The position numbers and the translations under genes were made by a program. DNA of 32,467 bases from a virus. This document shows, one piece after another, positions 1-9,085 of this stretch. The notes below the pieces were generated by a model. The model ran no database searches. It was not told where the DNA came from and saw only the letters and a program-made list of their open reading frames with translations. The stretch spans positions 1 to 32,467 of the IMG/VR virus record IMGVR_UViG_3300045988_149396. One strand, 5' to 3'. Numbering within the stretch: the stretch's first letter is position 1; each line of letters opens with the position of its first letter.

Positions 1-55
1 TAGTCAAGCCCATAACGGGGCTTGAGTCGCAAGACTAGAAAGCCTTGTTTACCAG
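1..55. repeat. Terminal direct repeat, copy 1 (identical to 32413..32467)
   Basis: Base-by-base comparison of both ends gives 55/55 identity. The flanking bases differ (acgggc after copy 1, ctgccc before copy 2). Confidence 0.95.
4..25. other. Candidate recombination core: 8-bp inverted repeats TCAAGCCC / GGGCTTGA around a 6-bp spacer ATAACG (second copy 32416..32437)
   Basis: Perfect inverted repeat read directly. It lies inside the 55-bp terminal repeat, about 130 bp downstream of int. Confidence 0.4.
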
Positions 56-104
56 ACGGGCTAACTTCCTTGATATTCCACGGAACTCAAGGGGTGCAAC
101 ACCC

Positions 105-130
105 ATTGGTCACAATTTACTCACGATTTT
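105..130. repeat. Direct repeat ATTGGTCACAATTTACTC (18/18, 23/26 extended), copy at the holin 3' end
   Basis: Same 18-mer occurs at 32283..32300. The following ATTTT also matches after 3 differing bases. It overlaps the holin stop codon (117..119). Confidence 0.85.
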
Positions 131-365
131 CACCGGAGTCGCCAGGCTCCGCAGATGCATCGTCAGCAGCATCTTCATACAGCGCAGGGTCAGTGTTGAA
201 GAACGCCAATGCGGTCGTGAAGATAGTGGTGACAGCACCAGTCACTACAGCGGCCTGCTCATTCGTCCAGATACCAAAGACAACCAGCACCGCAGACAAC
301 GAAGGCGCAATAAGATAAATGCCCTTACGCAGGACGGCACGCTGACGGCGAGACAGGTTACGCAT
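117..365 (-). CDS. Putative holin (2 TM helices)
   Basis: ORF 117..383, with the start moved to ATG 365 (MRNLS...), which overlaps the lysin 3' end by 8 nt. Two hydrophobic helices (GIYLIAPSLSAVLVVFGIW, AAVVTGAVTTIFTTALAFF) and an acidic C-tail. It sits directly after the amidase. Confidence 0.6.
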   Translation of the reverse strand: MRNLSRRQRAVLRKGIYLIAPSLSAVLVVFGIWTNEQAAVVTGAVTTIFTTALAFFNTDPALYEDAADDASAEPGDSGENRE

Positions 366-978
366 TATCGATCTTCTCCTCAAACTCGGTCACTGCGCCC
401 TTCAGCTTCGCCCAGGATTCTCGCAGCTCTGAGACCTTGTCCTTGTCCAGCGGGGCGGGGACATTCTCAATGCCGCGCTCGACCTTGCCAGCCTTGATCT
501 CGTTCACGCGGCGGATGAGGTCTTCTAGTCGGCTGTACCAGCGGCCAGGGCACTCAGTGCTGTAGTAATCAAGGTGACCGTTGATGTAGAAGCTGCGGTT
601 GTAATAAACCTCCAGATCTGCAATCACCTGAGCGACGGTTTCAAAATCCTCCGGGCTCATCTCGGGGCGGCACTCGATGCCAATCGAACGCTGATTTGCC
701 GCCCAGTTGCCTGCATGCCAGGCGATGTCCTTGATTTCTACGAGCTGGGCGCAGCGACCTGATTCGACGACGAAATGGGCAGACGAATTAGGACTCTTCT
801 GGAGGAAGTTGCAGACATTCTCGAAGCGCTGACCATCCACACCCCAATGGTGAATCATGATCGTGTCAACCAACGGGCTGAGGACCTCGATGGCCTCTTC
901 GCCGTTCTTCACGATGGTTACACGTTCATTCGGGGTAAACGAAACGGAATTGTAATCTGCAATGTCAATGTACTTCAT
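358..978 (-). CDS. Endolysin, N-acetylmuramoyl-L-alanine amidase (Amidase_2/PGRP type)
   Basis: 206 aa. Motifs SAHFVV, AWHAG, SIGIE and H..YYSTECPG are typical of the family. SD AGAGGAAAACC precedes ATG 978. Confidence 0.85.
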   Translation of the reverse strand: MKYIDIADYNSVSFTPNERVTIVKNGEEAIEVLSPLVDTIMIHHWGVDGQRFENVCNFLQKSPNSSAHFVVESGRCAQLVEIKDIAWHAGNWAANQRSIGIECRPEMSPEDFETVAQVIADLEVYYNRSFYINGHLDYYSTECPGRWYSRLEDLIRRVNEIKAGKVERGIENVPAPLDKDKVSELRESWAKLKGAVTEFEEKIDNA

Positions 979-1001
979 GGTTTTCCTCTTTTCTCATAGG
1001 C

Positions 1002-1052
1002 AGAAAGGCTCGGGCGTCTCTAGAAGATAGAGATGCCCGAGCCTTTCTTTTT
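1002..1052 (+). terminator. Strong hairpin with a T-tract on the plus strand only
   Basis: AGAAAGGCTCGGGC (1002..1015) pairs with GCCCGAGCCTTTCT (1035..1048). Inner TCTCTA/TAGAGA extends the stem. TTTTT then follows on the plus strand. No T-tract follows on the minus strand. Confidence 0.6.
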
Positions 1053-1053
1053 A

Positions 1054-1497
1054 TTACTTATCTTTTTTGCCGTCTTCACCGAGCTTCGATGTCCAAAGCT
1101 CAGCAGAGACCCAATCCGCAACCTCAGACGGCAACGGCGGCGGAGGAGGCGGAGACCCCGCCTCGATGTGGTTTGACAGCCTCGTAATATGGGCAATCGC
1201 CATACTCATCGCAAGACGAGCGCGATCAGTCGCCGCATGTGCCTTCTCCTCCCTCTCGCGAGCCTCGCTCTCACGGGTCCTGATCTCACCCTCTAGAGAG
1301 CTGCGGGCCGCACTCTCCGCACGAAGGCTGGACTCCAGGTCGGCGATACGGCGTTCCAGAGAATCAATCAGCATGCGGTTCGATTCATGCTGCGCCGCCG
1401 CGCGGCCGTTGATAAACGTCATCCCTGCAGGAATCAGGGTGCCCATCAGGACGCCCCCAAGGGTCCACATCTCTTGGGGGAAATCTCCAAGGGCCAC
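1054..1497 (-). CDS. Hypothetical membrane-anchored coiled-coil protein (lysis-cassette neighbour)
   Basis: 147 aa with a GTG start overlapping the upstream TAG by 1 nt. N-terminal hydrophobic segment, Glu/Arg-rich helical region and a PPPPPP tract. Confidence 0.55.
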   Translation of the reverse strand: MALGDFPQEMWTLGGVLMGTLIPAGMTFINGRAAAQHESNRMLIDSLERRIADLESSLRAESAARSSLEGEIRTRESEAREREEKAHAATDRARLAMSMAIAHITRLSNHIEAGSPPPPPPLPSEVADWVSAELWTSKLGEDGKKDK

Positions 1498-2762
1498 TAA
1501 GATGCCACCTCCTGCGCGTCACGGTCACGACGCCACGCGGCACCGCCCTCACGCGGCGTGAAATCCACGTCAGGGCGGCCCCAGTCACGCGGCGCCCACT
1601 CGGTCCGATCCCATGGGAAATCCTTCACGCTGAAAGCGTTCAGCGTGCTACCATCCACCGCGGTCGTGCAGACACGGTCAGCGAGGATTCGAGTCTTCTT
1701 GATATCCCACGGGTCAACACCCGTGAAGGCCTTCTCCGTTTGCCCGTCTTCGAAGTTGAAAGCATGGCAAAAGGAGTTCGTGTCGGTGCCGACGACGCCG
1801 TATTTCTTCGCCGCAACAATCAACAGACGTGTCAACGGGTTATAGGGCAGGCCGGTCTTCGGATTGAACCAAGGGTTCACGTCCGCAGCAATGCGCCCCC
1901 ATTGACCATGCACAGGCGAGGACGGTGCTTCACTTGCAGGCGCCTTGCCATCCGTCATCTGCGCCGGCCACGACGGCGGATTACCCGCCGCTACGGCGCC
2001 AAAGGTAAACGCCAGCGCGTGATTGATTTGTCCGCAGCGGACCTCATCGATACCAACGAAGCCGAGGGTGTTGTGCATGCGGGCGACAGCGGAGGACCCT
2101 TGCTGCAGCTGGGTAGCCCAGTTCTCCTGCGCCATCCTCTTGAAGCCCGGCGACATGACGGAGAATCCGCCAGAGGTAGCAGTCCAGCCGTCGCCGTCGG
2201 CTTTCCGGTTCACCATGAAATATTCTCTGACAACGCCGGTGTGGACGTCCCAGATTGCCAGGCCTCGGTCACCGATTCGTGCCGGCTCCGCAAACTCTGG
2301 CATCGGAATCATACCGCTGATGATGTTCTGCGCAGCCCACGGGGTGATCCCCACGCCGCGCGGCGCCTCCATCTTCTGGAAATGACAGTCAGGATGGGAC
2401 GAATCCACAAGGAGCGCCGGGATCGGAGAGGTACCACCAACGGACGTGTTAGTGCCTGTCCTCACGCGGGGGTCTCCGGGGAACTTACCGTCGCCAGTTC
2501 GTCCCCACGGGTCCGGATTGTTCTTCTCCATCCATGCAGCCATCTCGGCAGAATTCTCGGCGAGCGGCATCTGCGAGATGTCCCGCTGCCAGATGGTGCC
2601 GGCACCGGCGTAGTTCGCGACGTCCATCAGGCCGGGGAACACTACCTCTGGGTGCTTACGGGCTCCGATGGGTGTCCATTCGCCCCTCTCAGCGTTGAAC
2701 GCCTTGAATGCGAGCGCGTGGCGGCGTGCGTCAGGGGTCTTGCCGAAAACGAACGCAGACAT
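1497..2762 (-). CDS. Hypothetical 421-aa protein downstream of the tail fibre (possible host-surface-acting protein)
   Basis: Long ORF with a TAATG overlap onto the fibre gene. No family recognised by eye. Confidence 0.6.
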   Translation of the reverse strand: MSAFVFGKTPDARRHALAFKAFNAERGEWTPIGARKHPEVVFPGLMDVANYAGAGTIWQRDISQMPLAENSAEMAAWMEKNNPDPWGRTGDGKFPGDPRVRTGTNTSVGGTSPIPALLVDSSHPDCHFQKMEAPRGVGITPWAAQNIISGMIPMPEFAEPARIGDRGLAIWDVHTGVVREYFMVNRKADGDGWTATSGGFSVMSPGFKRMAQENWATQLQQGSSAVARMHNTLGFVGIDEVRCGQINHALAFTFGAVAAGNPPSWPAQMTDGKAPASEAPSSPVHGQWGRIAADVNPWFNPKTGLPYNPLTRLLIVAAKKYGVVGTDTNSFCHAFNFEDGQTEKAFTGVDPWDIKKTRILADRVCTTAVDGSTLNAFSVKDFPWDRTEWAPRDWGRPDVDFTPREGGAAWRRDRDAQEVAS

Positions 2763-4243
2763 TAGAGTGCTCGCGCTCCTCGGTCCTCAACCTGCGCGCC
2801 GGGTGCCATGAAGATACGGTAGCCTCCGAGCTCGACGTTATTGTTGGAGGTACGGATGCCAAGCACGCGACCCCAATGCTTGTCCTCATTATTTTCCCAC
2901 TTATGGGTTGCCCGAGCGCCCGAAGGGGCGGTGATGGTGCAACTGAGGTTGAGGAATTCGAACTTCCAGGTTCCAATGCTGTTGCCGGCGTTGATGAGGA
3001 GCCCGGTGTCTACCCCATCAGCCTTAGACATCATCGTAGCGTTTCGGCCAGGCTCTGCCAGACCGACCGAATAACTGCGTGCCCACGGGGCAAAAGCATG
3101 GTCTTGGAACCACTCTAGGCTGAGCGTGGCACCCGGCTTCTCAACCTTCGCCACGTCGACCTCCACAGTCGCGTTAGGAGAACCAACCGTGATGAACAGC
3201 TCAGACTCGGCGTTACCTTTTCCGCTCGGCTTCAGGGTCAGGGCATCGGTGACGACCCAGCCGCGAGGCACCGTCTCGCCATTGACCTCTACGAGGCCAG
3301 TGCCAGGCTGCGCATACACACTCTCCACGTCAGCGGAGCCACCGAATCCGTTGTTCGGCTTCAAACCGAGGTTCTTCTTGGTCGCAGGCCAGGTGGCACG
3401 TTCGTTCTCAGGCACCGCCGGCACCAGTGCGGTGCCAGCCGTGCGCTTGGACGGGTCCTCACTGATGACGAGCTCACGACCCTGCAGAGATCCGAACACG
3501 ACAGGGAACTGAATCTTCGAACTGGAGAAAACGTAGCCCGGTTCAGGGGTAGCTTCCAGCATAATCTCTCGCCGATCCTCACCAGGAATCACATGGTCAC
3601 CAGGCGCAGCCTCCACCCCGTCAATCTTCCAGACCACGCCCGGCTGCTTCGGAGTCGGAATCGTAATCAGGCGGCGCTCAGGGATTACATCAGGGAACTT
3701 AGGCACGATCGGGATAGGAGTGTTCAAGTTCGCAACGTCTGCGTGAATTAGCGGAACGCCGAACGCCTCTTTCTTCGAGGCCTCGGCGTCCTCCGGGTTG
3801 AAGCTAATCCACCACCCCTGAGCGCGAGCCTGCAGCTCAGGGGTCCACTGCGCCTTAACCTCCATCGGCACCACAGTCGTCGAATCATCCGTCATCACAA
3901 CGGTCGCGCCGCCCGAACTAGACGGTTCAATGCGCTTGATGCCCACACCGTCACGGCCAGGAGCGCCATCAGTACCATCTCGACCCGGCTGACCATCCAC
4001 ACCGTCACGGCCGTTCTTGCCGTCAACACCATCGCGCACGACGCGCCAAGTAAGCTGCGTGCCGTCATTCGAAGCACGCGCAAGAACCTCGCCCTGCGCG
4101 CCGCCGGCGGGAATCTTTTCCACAGGGGCGAGCGCCTGCTCAATCTGCTGCTGGACGCCTTCGGCGGGCTTGCCGGTGAGGTGGCCCTGTTCGTCTGCGA
4201 TGACCAGGCGGTCGAATACTACCTTGCTGTTATCGTCTGCCAT
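2762..4243 (-). CDS. Tail fibre with a collagen-like Gly-X-Y repeat
   Basis: Start moved to ATG 4243 (MADDNSK...) with SD AAGGAGACGAACTA. Contains GVDGKNGRDGVDGQPGRDGTDGAPGRDGVG, which is 10 G-X-Y triplets. Confidence 0.75.
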   Translation of the reverse strand: MADDNSKVVFDRLVIADEQGHLTGKPAEGVQQQIEQALAPVEKIPAGGAQGEVLARASNDGTQLTWRVVRDGVDGKNGRDGVDGQPGRDGTDGAPGRDGVGIKRIEPSSSGGATVVMTDDSTTVVPMEVKAQWTPELQARAQGWWISFNPEDAEASKKEAFGVPLIHADVANLNTPIPIVPKFPDVIPERRLITIPTPKQPGVVWKIDGVEAAPGDHVIPGEDRREIMLEATPEPGYVFSSSKIQFPVVFGSLQGRELVISEDPSKRTAGTALVPAVPENERATWPATKKNLGLKPNNGFGGSADVESVYAQPGTGLVEVNGETVPRGWVVTDALTLKPSGKGNAESELFITVGSPNATVEVDVAKVEKPGATLSLEWFQDHAFAPWARSYSVGLAEPGRNATMMSKADGVDTGLLINAGNSIGTWKFEFLNLSCTITAPSGARATHKWENNEDKHWGRVLGIRTSNNNVELGGYRIFMAPGAQVEDRGARAL

Positions 4244-4719
4244 TAGTTCGTCTCCTTTTCTACGATCCGTGCGAGGCCGTTGCCCAGGTCCTCGGCGACC
4301 CATTCTCGGCTCTGCGTTGCAGGCTGGTGCTGGGGGGTTTGGTTGGGAACTTCGTTGATGCTGTCCCCTGCCGCGGTTGCGAGGTTGATTTCCTGGCCTG
4401 GCTGTACGGTTAGGGGGACGCAGTCGATGATGATTTGGCGTGCAGAGTTGCTGCGGGCTGAGACCTGGACGTTGTATCGTGCAGGGGCGATGAGCTGTAC
4501 GCCGCGAGCGCCGCCGTTGGCGTGAGTTCGGAGGACGCCGTTGACTAGATAGCCTTTAACCTCGCATGCGGTGTAGACGGTGGTGTTGTCGTGGCTCATG
4601 GAGGTGGGCGTGAAGGTCACGACTCCGGAGGTGATTGGTGCTGGTTCACCGGCGAGGAGCTGGTGGGTCGCCATGTTGGCGTGCACGGTTGCATATTTGG
4701 CTGTGGTTTCATCAGGCAT
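4243..4719 (-). CDS. Hypothetical tail-module protein
   Basis: Start moved to ATG 4719 (MPDETTAKY...) with SD AGGAGGCAGACA. 158 aa. TAATG overlap with the fibre gene. Confidence 0.6.
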   Translation of the reverse strand: MPDETTAKYATVHANMATHQLLAGEPAPITSGVVTFTPTSMSHDNTTVYTACEVKGYLVNGVLRTHANGGARGVQLIAPARYNVQVSARSNSARQIIIDCVPLTVQPGQEINLATAAGDSINEVPNQTPQHQPATQSREWVAEDLGNGLARIVEKETN

Positions 4720-4873
4720 TGTCTGCCTCCTGTTCCTTCGTGTCCTCGGTGTTGTCGAGGCGGATGGTGCCGGCGGTGATGTGCGCGTCGAGCAGTTCCT
4801 CACGCAGGCGGTTATTTTCCTGCGTGAGGTAGATGGTTTTTGCGAGGAGCTGGTCGCGTGTCAATGTGCTCAT
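4712..4873 (-). CDS. Small hypothetical helical protein
   Basis: Internal ATG 4873 (MSTLTRDQLL...) preceded by AAAGGAAACACCACCC. 53 aa. Overlaps the next start by 8 nt. Confidence 0.5.
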   Translation of the reverse strand: MSTLTRDQLLAKTIYLTQENNRLREELLDAHITAGTIRLDNTEDTKEQEADNA

Positions 4874-4890
4874 GGGTGGTGTTTCCTTTC

Positions 4891-6180
4891 TTACGGGGCG
4901 GGGGTTGCACGGTTGAACGGCATGAGGTACACGTCGGCCCAGACACCATCCGCGGTATCTCGTCCGATGTTGTAGATGCGCAGAAGCCCGCCGCGGTGAT
5001 TCACATCGCTCATGGTGGTCACCAATGCCTGAGGCCCGAACGCCTGGGCGAGGAGGAAGGGCTGTTGTTCCAGCTCTGGCCAGGAGAACCGAACCTCGAC
5101 CCACTTTCCGGAGTCAACACGATATGGGCCGACTGAACGGACCCACATGTTCTTCGTCATCGACCAGAGCCCGTCCAGGCGCATGTTTTTCTGAACGCGG
5201 AGACTGTCGGTAATGTTCACGCCACCCTGCGGGTCTACGAAGAACCCTCGTGTCTCTGAGTCAGCCGCCCCGAAAGGCTTCATGCCTAGATGCAGTGCAC
5301 CTTGCGGGGACATTCGGATGATTCCGATAGGGGCGCGTTGGGAGGCGTCCAGAGGACGCATCTCAATGATTGACTCACCGCCTGAGACCGGCCCCTGTGT
5401 CGTGCGGATAGTAAGGCCGGCGCGGTCATCTGCTGCGGTGGAGAAAATTCCTCGAAGGTAGTTGTCTGTTCCGCTGGCGTCAATCTTCACGGTCTGTTCA
5501 CCGGCTGCGTTGAACGCACTAATGCCGGTGTTGTTGAGCTTCATGCCGCGGCGGGAATCTCGGTCAGTCTGTAGCAGAGAGCTCGTCATCATCTCAGCCG
5601 CGATGTCCTCAACCCGAATTCGCTGAGCGATCACCTCTGGGGTGACGATGTTCTCGATAACGGTTGCCCGCTGGAGGATCGCGTCCTCCGTGACTACCAG
5701 CTTCTTCGTCTCAGCTGACATCGCTCGCACGACTGAGGCGGCAAGCTCCTCGGTCACGTTGAGCTGTTTCACGTCGAGGGTGCCGGGGACGATGAGGTTC
5801 CTGCCGTCGAAGGGCGGGGACGGCATTTTCTTGATGCCGGCAACCGCCTTCGCAGCAACCGTGTCATCGTCCATCCCAGAGCCCGCTTCAACGGCGGCGA
5901 TACGCCGCTCCGCCTCAACAAGATTCCGCTCTGCTGCCACCAGCGTCTCGTTGGCTTTCGCCACGACTTTGGTTGCCTCTGAGAGGCGCGCGTCGAAGCT
6001 GGCGATGGTGTCTCCATCCCAGCGGCGAGCAGTGCCGCCGGCATCCATGTACAGGGTGGCTTCCGAGGCGGTGGCGACCTTGATTCCATGAGGTGTCGAG
6101 GCTGGCACACGCAGCCGGCGCATCTGCTCACGGAGCGTATCGGCGGTGCGGGTAGGCCGCTGGTCGAGGTACATCACCAT
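4891..6180 (-). CDS. Minor tail protein
   Basis: 429 aa with SD GAAGGAGGCAACGC. Lies in the tail-tip block. Confidence 0.6.
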   Translation of the reverse strand: MVMYLDQRPTRTADTLREQMRRLRVPASTPHGIKVATASEATLYMDAGGTARRWDGDTIASFDARLSEATKVVAKANETLVAAERNLVEAERRIAAVEAGSGMDDDTVAAKAVAGIKKMPSPPFDGRNLIVPGTLDVKQLNVTEELAASVVRAMSAETKKLVVTEDAILQRATVIENIVTPEVIAQRIRVEDIAAEMMTSSLLQTDRDSRRGMKLNNTGISAFNAAGEQTVKIDASGTDNYLRGIFSTAADDRAGLTIRTTQGPVSGGESIIEMRPLDASQRAPIGIIRMSPQGALHLGMKPFGAADSETRGFFVDPQGGVNITDSLRVQKNMRLDGLWSMTKNMWVRSVGPYRVDSGKWVEVRFSWPELEQQPFLLAQAFGPQALVTTMSDVNHRGGLLRIYNIGRDTADGVWADVYLMPFNRATPAP

Positions 6181-6196
6181 GCGTTGCCTCCTTCTA

Positions 6197-7306
6197 TTAG
6201 TTGTTCTCCCACTGCGCTTGCTGGAAATCCAGCGTGACCTGTGGAGTCAAGTCCCCGTTCATTTTGATGATTCGCATAGGGCGAGTGCCGTCAGGAATCG
6301 TCTTCCAGCCGGCGAGCGTCACATTCGCAGTGTCCCCGACAAAGAATGAGCCCAGAGGCGTTTTCTGCGAGTTCGCAGCGAACGTTAGCGTGACCTGGTC
6401 AATCATCGCTTGGCGGGACAGGAGCTCACCGTGAGCCTTCTGCCGCAGGACATCGGCGCTTGCCTGGTCGGCGTCACTCATCACGTCCTCGACAAACGGC
6501 TGGCCGCTGCGCCAGACACTCGACAGAATCTCAGCATGAGCGCGGGCGGTGCCCTCGCCCTCGCCGGCACCAGTACACCAGATACGGTGCACTAGATTCT
6601 TGCCAGAGGAAGTCACGGAGACATCCGGGACTTCCCCCATATCGGCGGTCGTGTCAAAGTCTGGAATCCAATCCTGAGCAATGAACGGGTACCCCTCCGT
6701 GCCATGCACTAGCACCCATTCAACCCGTGTTTGCGCGTCATCTGCCCAGCGTGGGCGAATCATGATGTCTGGGCCATTAATCACACCCGACAGCTCGGTC
6801 CATCGCTTACCGATGAGGTTGTTCGCGAGGTTCCACCCCTCATACGTTCGCTCACGCTCCCCCACTGCATCGCCAGCTGTACCGTGTACCAGCGGCAGCG
6901 CGCCGCCCGGTCGGTCCATCGCATGCACAGCGAGCGCCCACGCAATCTCGCCGAGTGTGGTGCCTCGGTATTCCAGGGTTTGCCAGATGGTGCGTTTCTC
7001 GAAGATTGCTCGGAGGCCTTCGGCTTTGATTTCGAGGCTGGTGGTTGCTTCTTTTCCCCAGTCGGTGATTGGGCCGGCAACGATGGGGCGGGTAATTCCG
7101 TCCGCGCCGGTATAGGTGAGGAGGACTCCGCCTGAGAGGGGTTCCCACCATGTGGGGGTGATGGTGTTGAGGTGTTTCTTGTCGACGGTGAGGGATATTT
7201 CCTCTGTTTTGTTGAGCTCGATACTCCAGGAGGCGTTGTGCACGGTGATGGGCGGGCCCACTTGTCCGGTGGTGGTGTGGATCCAGTGGAGCCCGTACCC
7301 GGTCAT
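6197..7306 (-). CDS. Minor tail protein (Tal-like by position)
   Basis: 369 aa with SD AGGAGGAACA. Second gene after the Dit-like gene. Confidence 0.55.
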   Translation of the reverse strand: MTGYGLHWIHTTTGQVGPPITVHNASWSIELNKTEEISLTVDKKHLNTITPTWWEPLSGGVLLTYTGADGITRPIVAGPITDWGKEATTSLEIKAEGLRAIFEKRTIWQTLEYRGTTLGEIAWALAVHAMDRPGGALPLVHGTAGDAVGERERTYEGWNLANNLIGKRWTELSGVINGPDIMIRPRWADDAQTRVEWVLVHGTEGYPFIAQDWIPDFDTTADMGEVPDVSVTSSGKNLVHRIWCTGAGEGEGTARAHAEILSSVWRSGQPFVEDVMSDADQASADVLRQKAHGELLSRQAMIDQVTLTFAANSQKTPLGSFFVGDTANVTLAGWKTIPDGTRPMRIIKMNGDLTPQVTLDFQQAQWENN

Positions 7307-7327
7307 TGTTCCTCCTGCTGTTGGTGG

Positions 7328-8200
7328 TTACTCTTTGGCGACGCCGATGTCGGTGACGGTGATGACGTCGCCGGGGAACGGGAATCCGCCGTTCTCGCCG
7401 CGCACGACCCAGTGCTGGTGCCCATAGGTGGTGTGGCGGACGACGTAGTGGATGCGGTGCTGGCCCTTCTGTAGGGTCTGGATTGTGGAGAAGTCTTTGG
7501 ATTCCCAGATGTTGTTGAATGCACGTTCGCGCCTCAAAACCAATTTGTCGTCGATGTAGACGTCGTAGAAGAGGCTGCCGGAGGCGATAACCGGGGTCAC
7601 GTTCGTTTCACTGGTCGCTGTGGTCACCGTTGAGGTGAGGCGTATATCAACGGTGCGGTCGGTCGGCACGAAGAAGGTACCAGCGCCGCGGCGGAACTCG
7701 CCGAGCTTGTGCGGGGTATCTCGAGTGGTTTCGTGATGGTGGAGTACACCGAGGGAGCCACCGACAGGGCGAGAGAAAACAATGTTGCCGGCTTCCTGGG
7801 TAGCGGTAGTTGCCTCGATGTTCGCGCGAATCTCGCGCTTGGAAAGCATGACCGCGTTGGCCGGCACGGTCGCGCCGATTGCCACCTTGGACGCCACGGA
7901 CCCGTTGACAGGCTCGGTCAGCTGCTGAACGTAGATGTACTCGACTCGCGCCCCGTTAGTCTGTGCCGGCTGAGTCGTAATCTGCTGCGCCGGCACCGGG
8001 ACGAGTACCGCACGCCCCGGCGCGAGGTGGATACACACTGCGCCGGCAGCAATCTGGTAGCTCATCGCGGCGGTACCCTTGACCTCGCACCCGCTGATGA
8101 TTCCCGCTTCCGGGTACTGCGCGGCAATGACAGCCTGCAGGTCATCGGGAGTCGTTCCGTTGCCGTTACGGTCAGGTGCCATACCGAAACCGGTCGTCAT
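7328..8200 (-). CDS. Minor tail protein
   Basis: 290 aa with SD TAGGAGGACCTA. Lies in the tail-tip block. Confidence 0.55.
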   Translation of the reverse strand: MTTGFGMAPDRNGNGTTPDDLQAVIAAQYPEAGIISGCEVKGTAAMSYQIAAGAVCIHLAPGRAVLVPVPAQQITTQPAQTNGARVEYIYVQQLTEPVNGSVASKVAIGATVPANAVMLSKREIRANIEATTATQEAGNIVFSRPVGGSLGVLHHHETTRDTPHKLGEFRRGAGTFFVPTDRTVDIRLTSTVTTATSETNVTPVIASGSLFYDVYIDDKLVLRRERAFNNIWESKDFSTIQTLQKGQHRIHYVVRHTTYGHQHWVVRGENGGFPFPGDVITVTDIGVAKE

Positions 8201-8209
8201 TAGGTCCTC

Positions 8210-9085
8210 CTAGCAGTAGGTATCTCGGACAATCACGTCGCACCAGCCAGTAGCAGGTGCAAGCGCTTCGATTGTGGGGGCGAACCCCGATTTTGCGGGG
8301 ATTGAGTGCCACTCGCGGCGGGTTAGGTCTGCGGTGCGGTCGGTGCCGTTGATCGTCACGGTGCCGCGGGCGCAGTCAATGGTGACGGGTGCGGTGGTGA
8401 TGACCGGGTATGGGTACTCGATAACGCGGTCGCCGTTGGTGATTCGGAACCCGGATGACCACTCGCCCCGAATGATGTAGGTGGGGTGTGCGGTGACATT
8501 CCCCTCATGGGTGATTGCTGCTGATTGCGGGGCCTGGGACCCGAAGGAGATAACCCCGGCGGGCGCCGGTACAAAGAGGTTGAATCGGAGTCCTACGCTG
8601 GCGCCGGCGGGGAATATCTGGGTCGTAACGGCCGGCCCATAGAGCCACGGTTCTGGAGCGAGGAGAGGGAGTTCGAAGTTGAACGCGGTGTCGCCCAGGT
8701 ATTCGATTTTTGGGTCTCCGTCGATTCGAACCTCACAGGTGAGGAGGCCGTTGTCGGATTCGACGGAGAGTGCCCCCAGCTCACCGTTCCAGAGCAGGGA
8801 TGAGGTGAACCTGGAGGCGAGTTCGCGAATGGGCAGAGCCTTCGCGATGATGGTTCCCTTGAGAGTGAGGGTACGGCCGGTACGGCGCGCCGGGTAGGAG
8901 AGCATGCCGTGCCCAATCTTGCGTTGGACATCGGCAGCCTCGACACCGGTGCCGCCGTCCCAGCCCTGCAGGTCGGTCACCCAGACCTCCAGCCCGTCAT
9001 CGCTGGCTCCGTCCTCAAAGGTTGTGAGGATGAGGGAGCCGTGAGCTCCGGTGAGCGTGACGCGGTGACGGTGCTGGCCAATCAT
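8210..9085 (-). CDS. Distal tail protein (Dit-like by position)
   Basis: 291 aa. ATGA overlap with the tape measure stop. Immediately follows the TMP, as Dit usually does. Confidence 0.55.
   Translation of the reverse strand: MIGQHRHRVTLTGAHGSLILTTFEDGASDDGLEVWVTDLQGWDGGTGVEAADVQRKIGHGMLSYPARRTGRTLTLKGTIIAKALPIRELASRFTSSLLWNGELGALSVESDNGLLTCEVRIDGDPKIEYLGDTAFNFELPLLAPEPWLYGPAVTTQIFPAGASVGLRFNLFVPAPAGVISFGSQAPQSAAITHEGNVTAHPTYIIRGEWSSGFRITNGDRVIEYPYPVITTAPVTIDCARGTVTINGTDRTADLTRREWHSIPAKSGFAPTIEALAPATGWCDVIVRDTYC

Noticed and set aside
4-38. Stem-loops in the terminal repeat as a tRNA or tmRNA 3' fragment (typical attB target)
   Set aside because: The 8-bp stem with a 6-nt loop does not match T-arm or anticodon-arm geometry. 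There is no GTTCRANYC-like T-loop and no acceptor/CCA context on either strand.
22-497. Plus-strand ORFs 22..318 and 45..497 at the left end
   Set aside because: They are antisense to the holin and lysin genes. They have no SD and low-complexity Ser/Ala/Arg-rich products.
1740-2765. 341-aa plus-strand ORF opposite the 421-aa gene
   Set aside because: It is Arg/Pro/His-rich with low-complexity composition, has no SD, and is fully antisense to a translationally coupled minus-strand gene.
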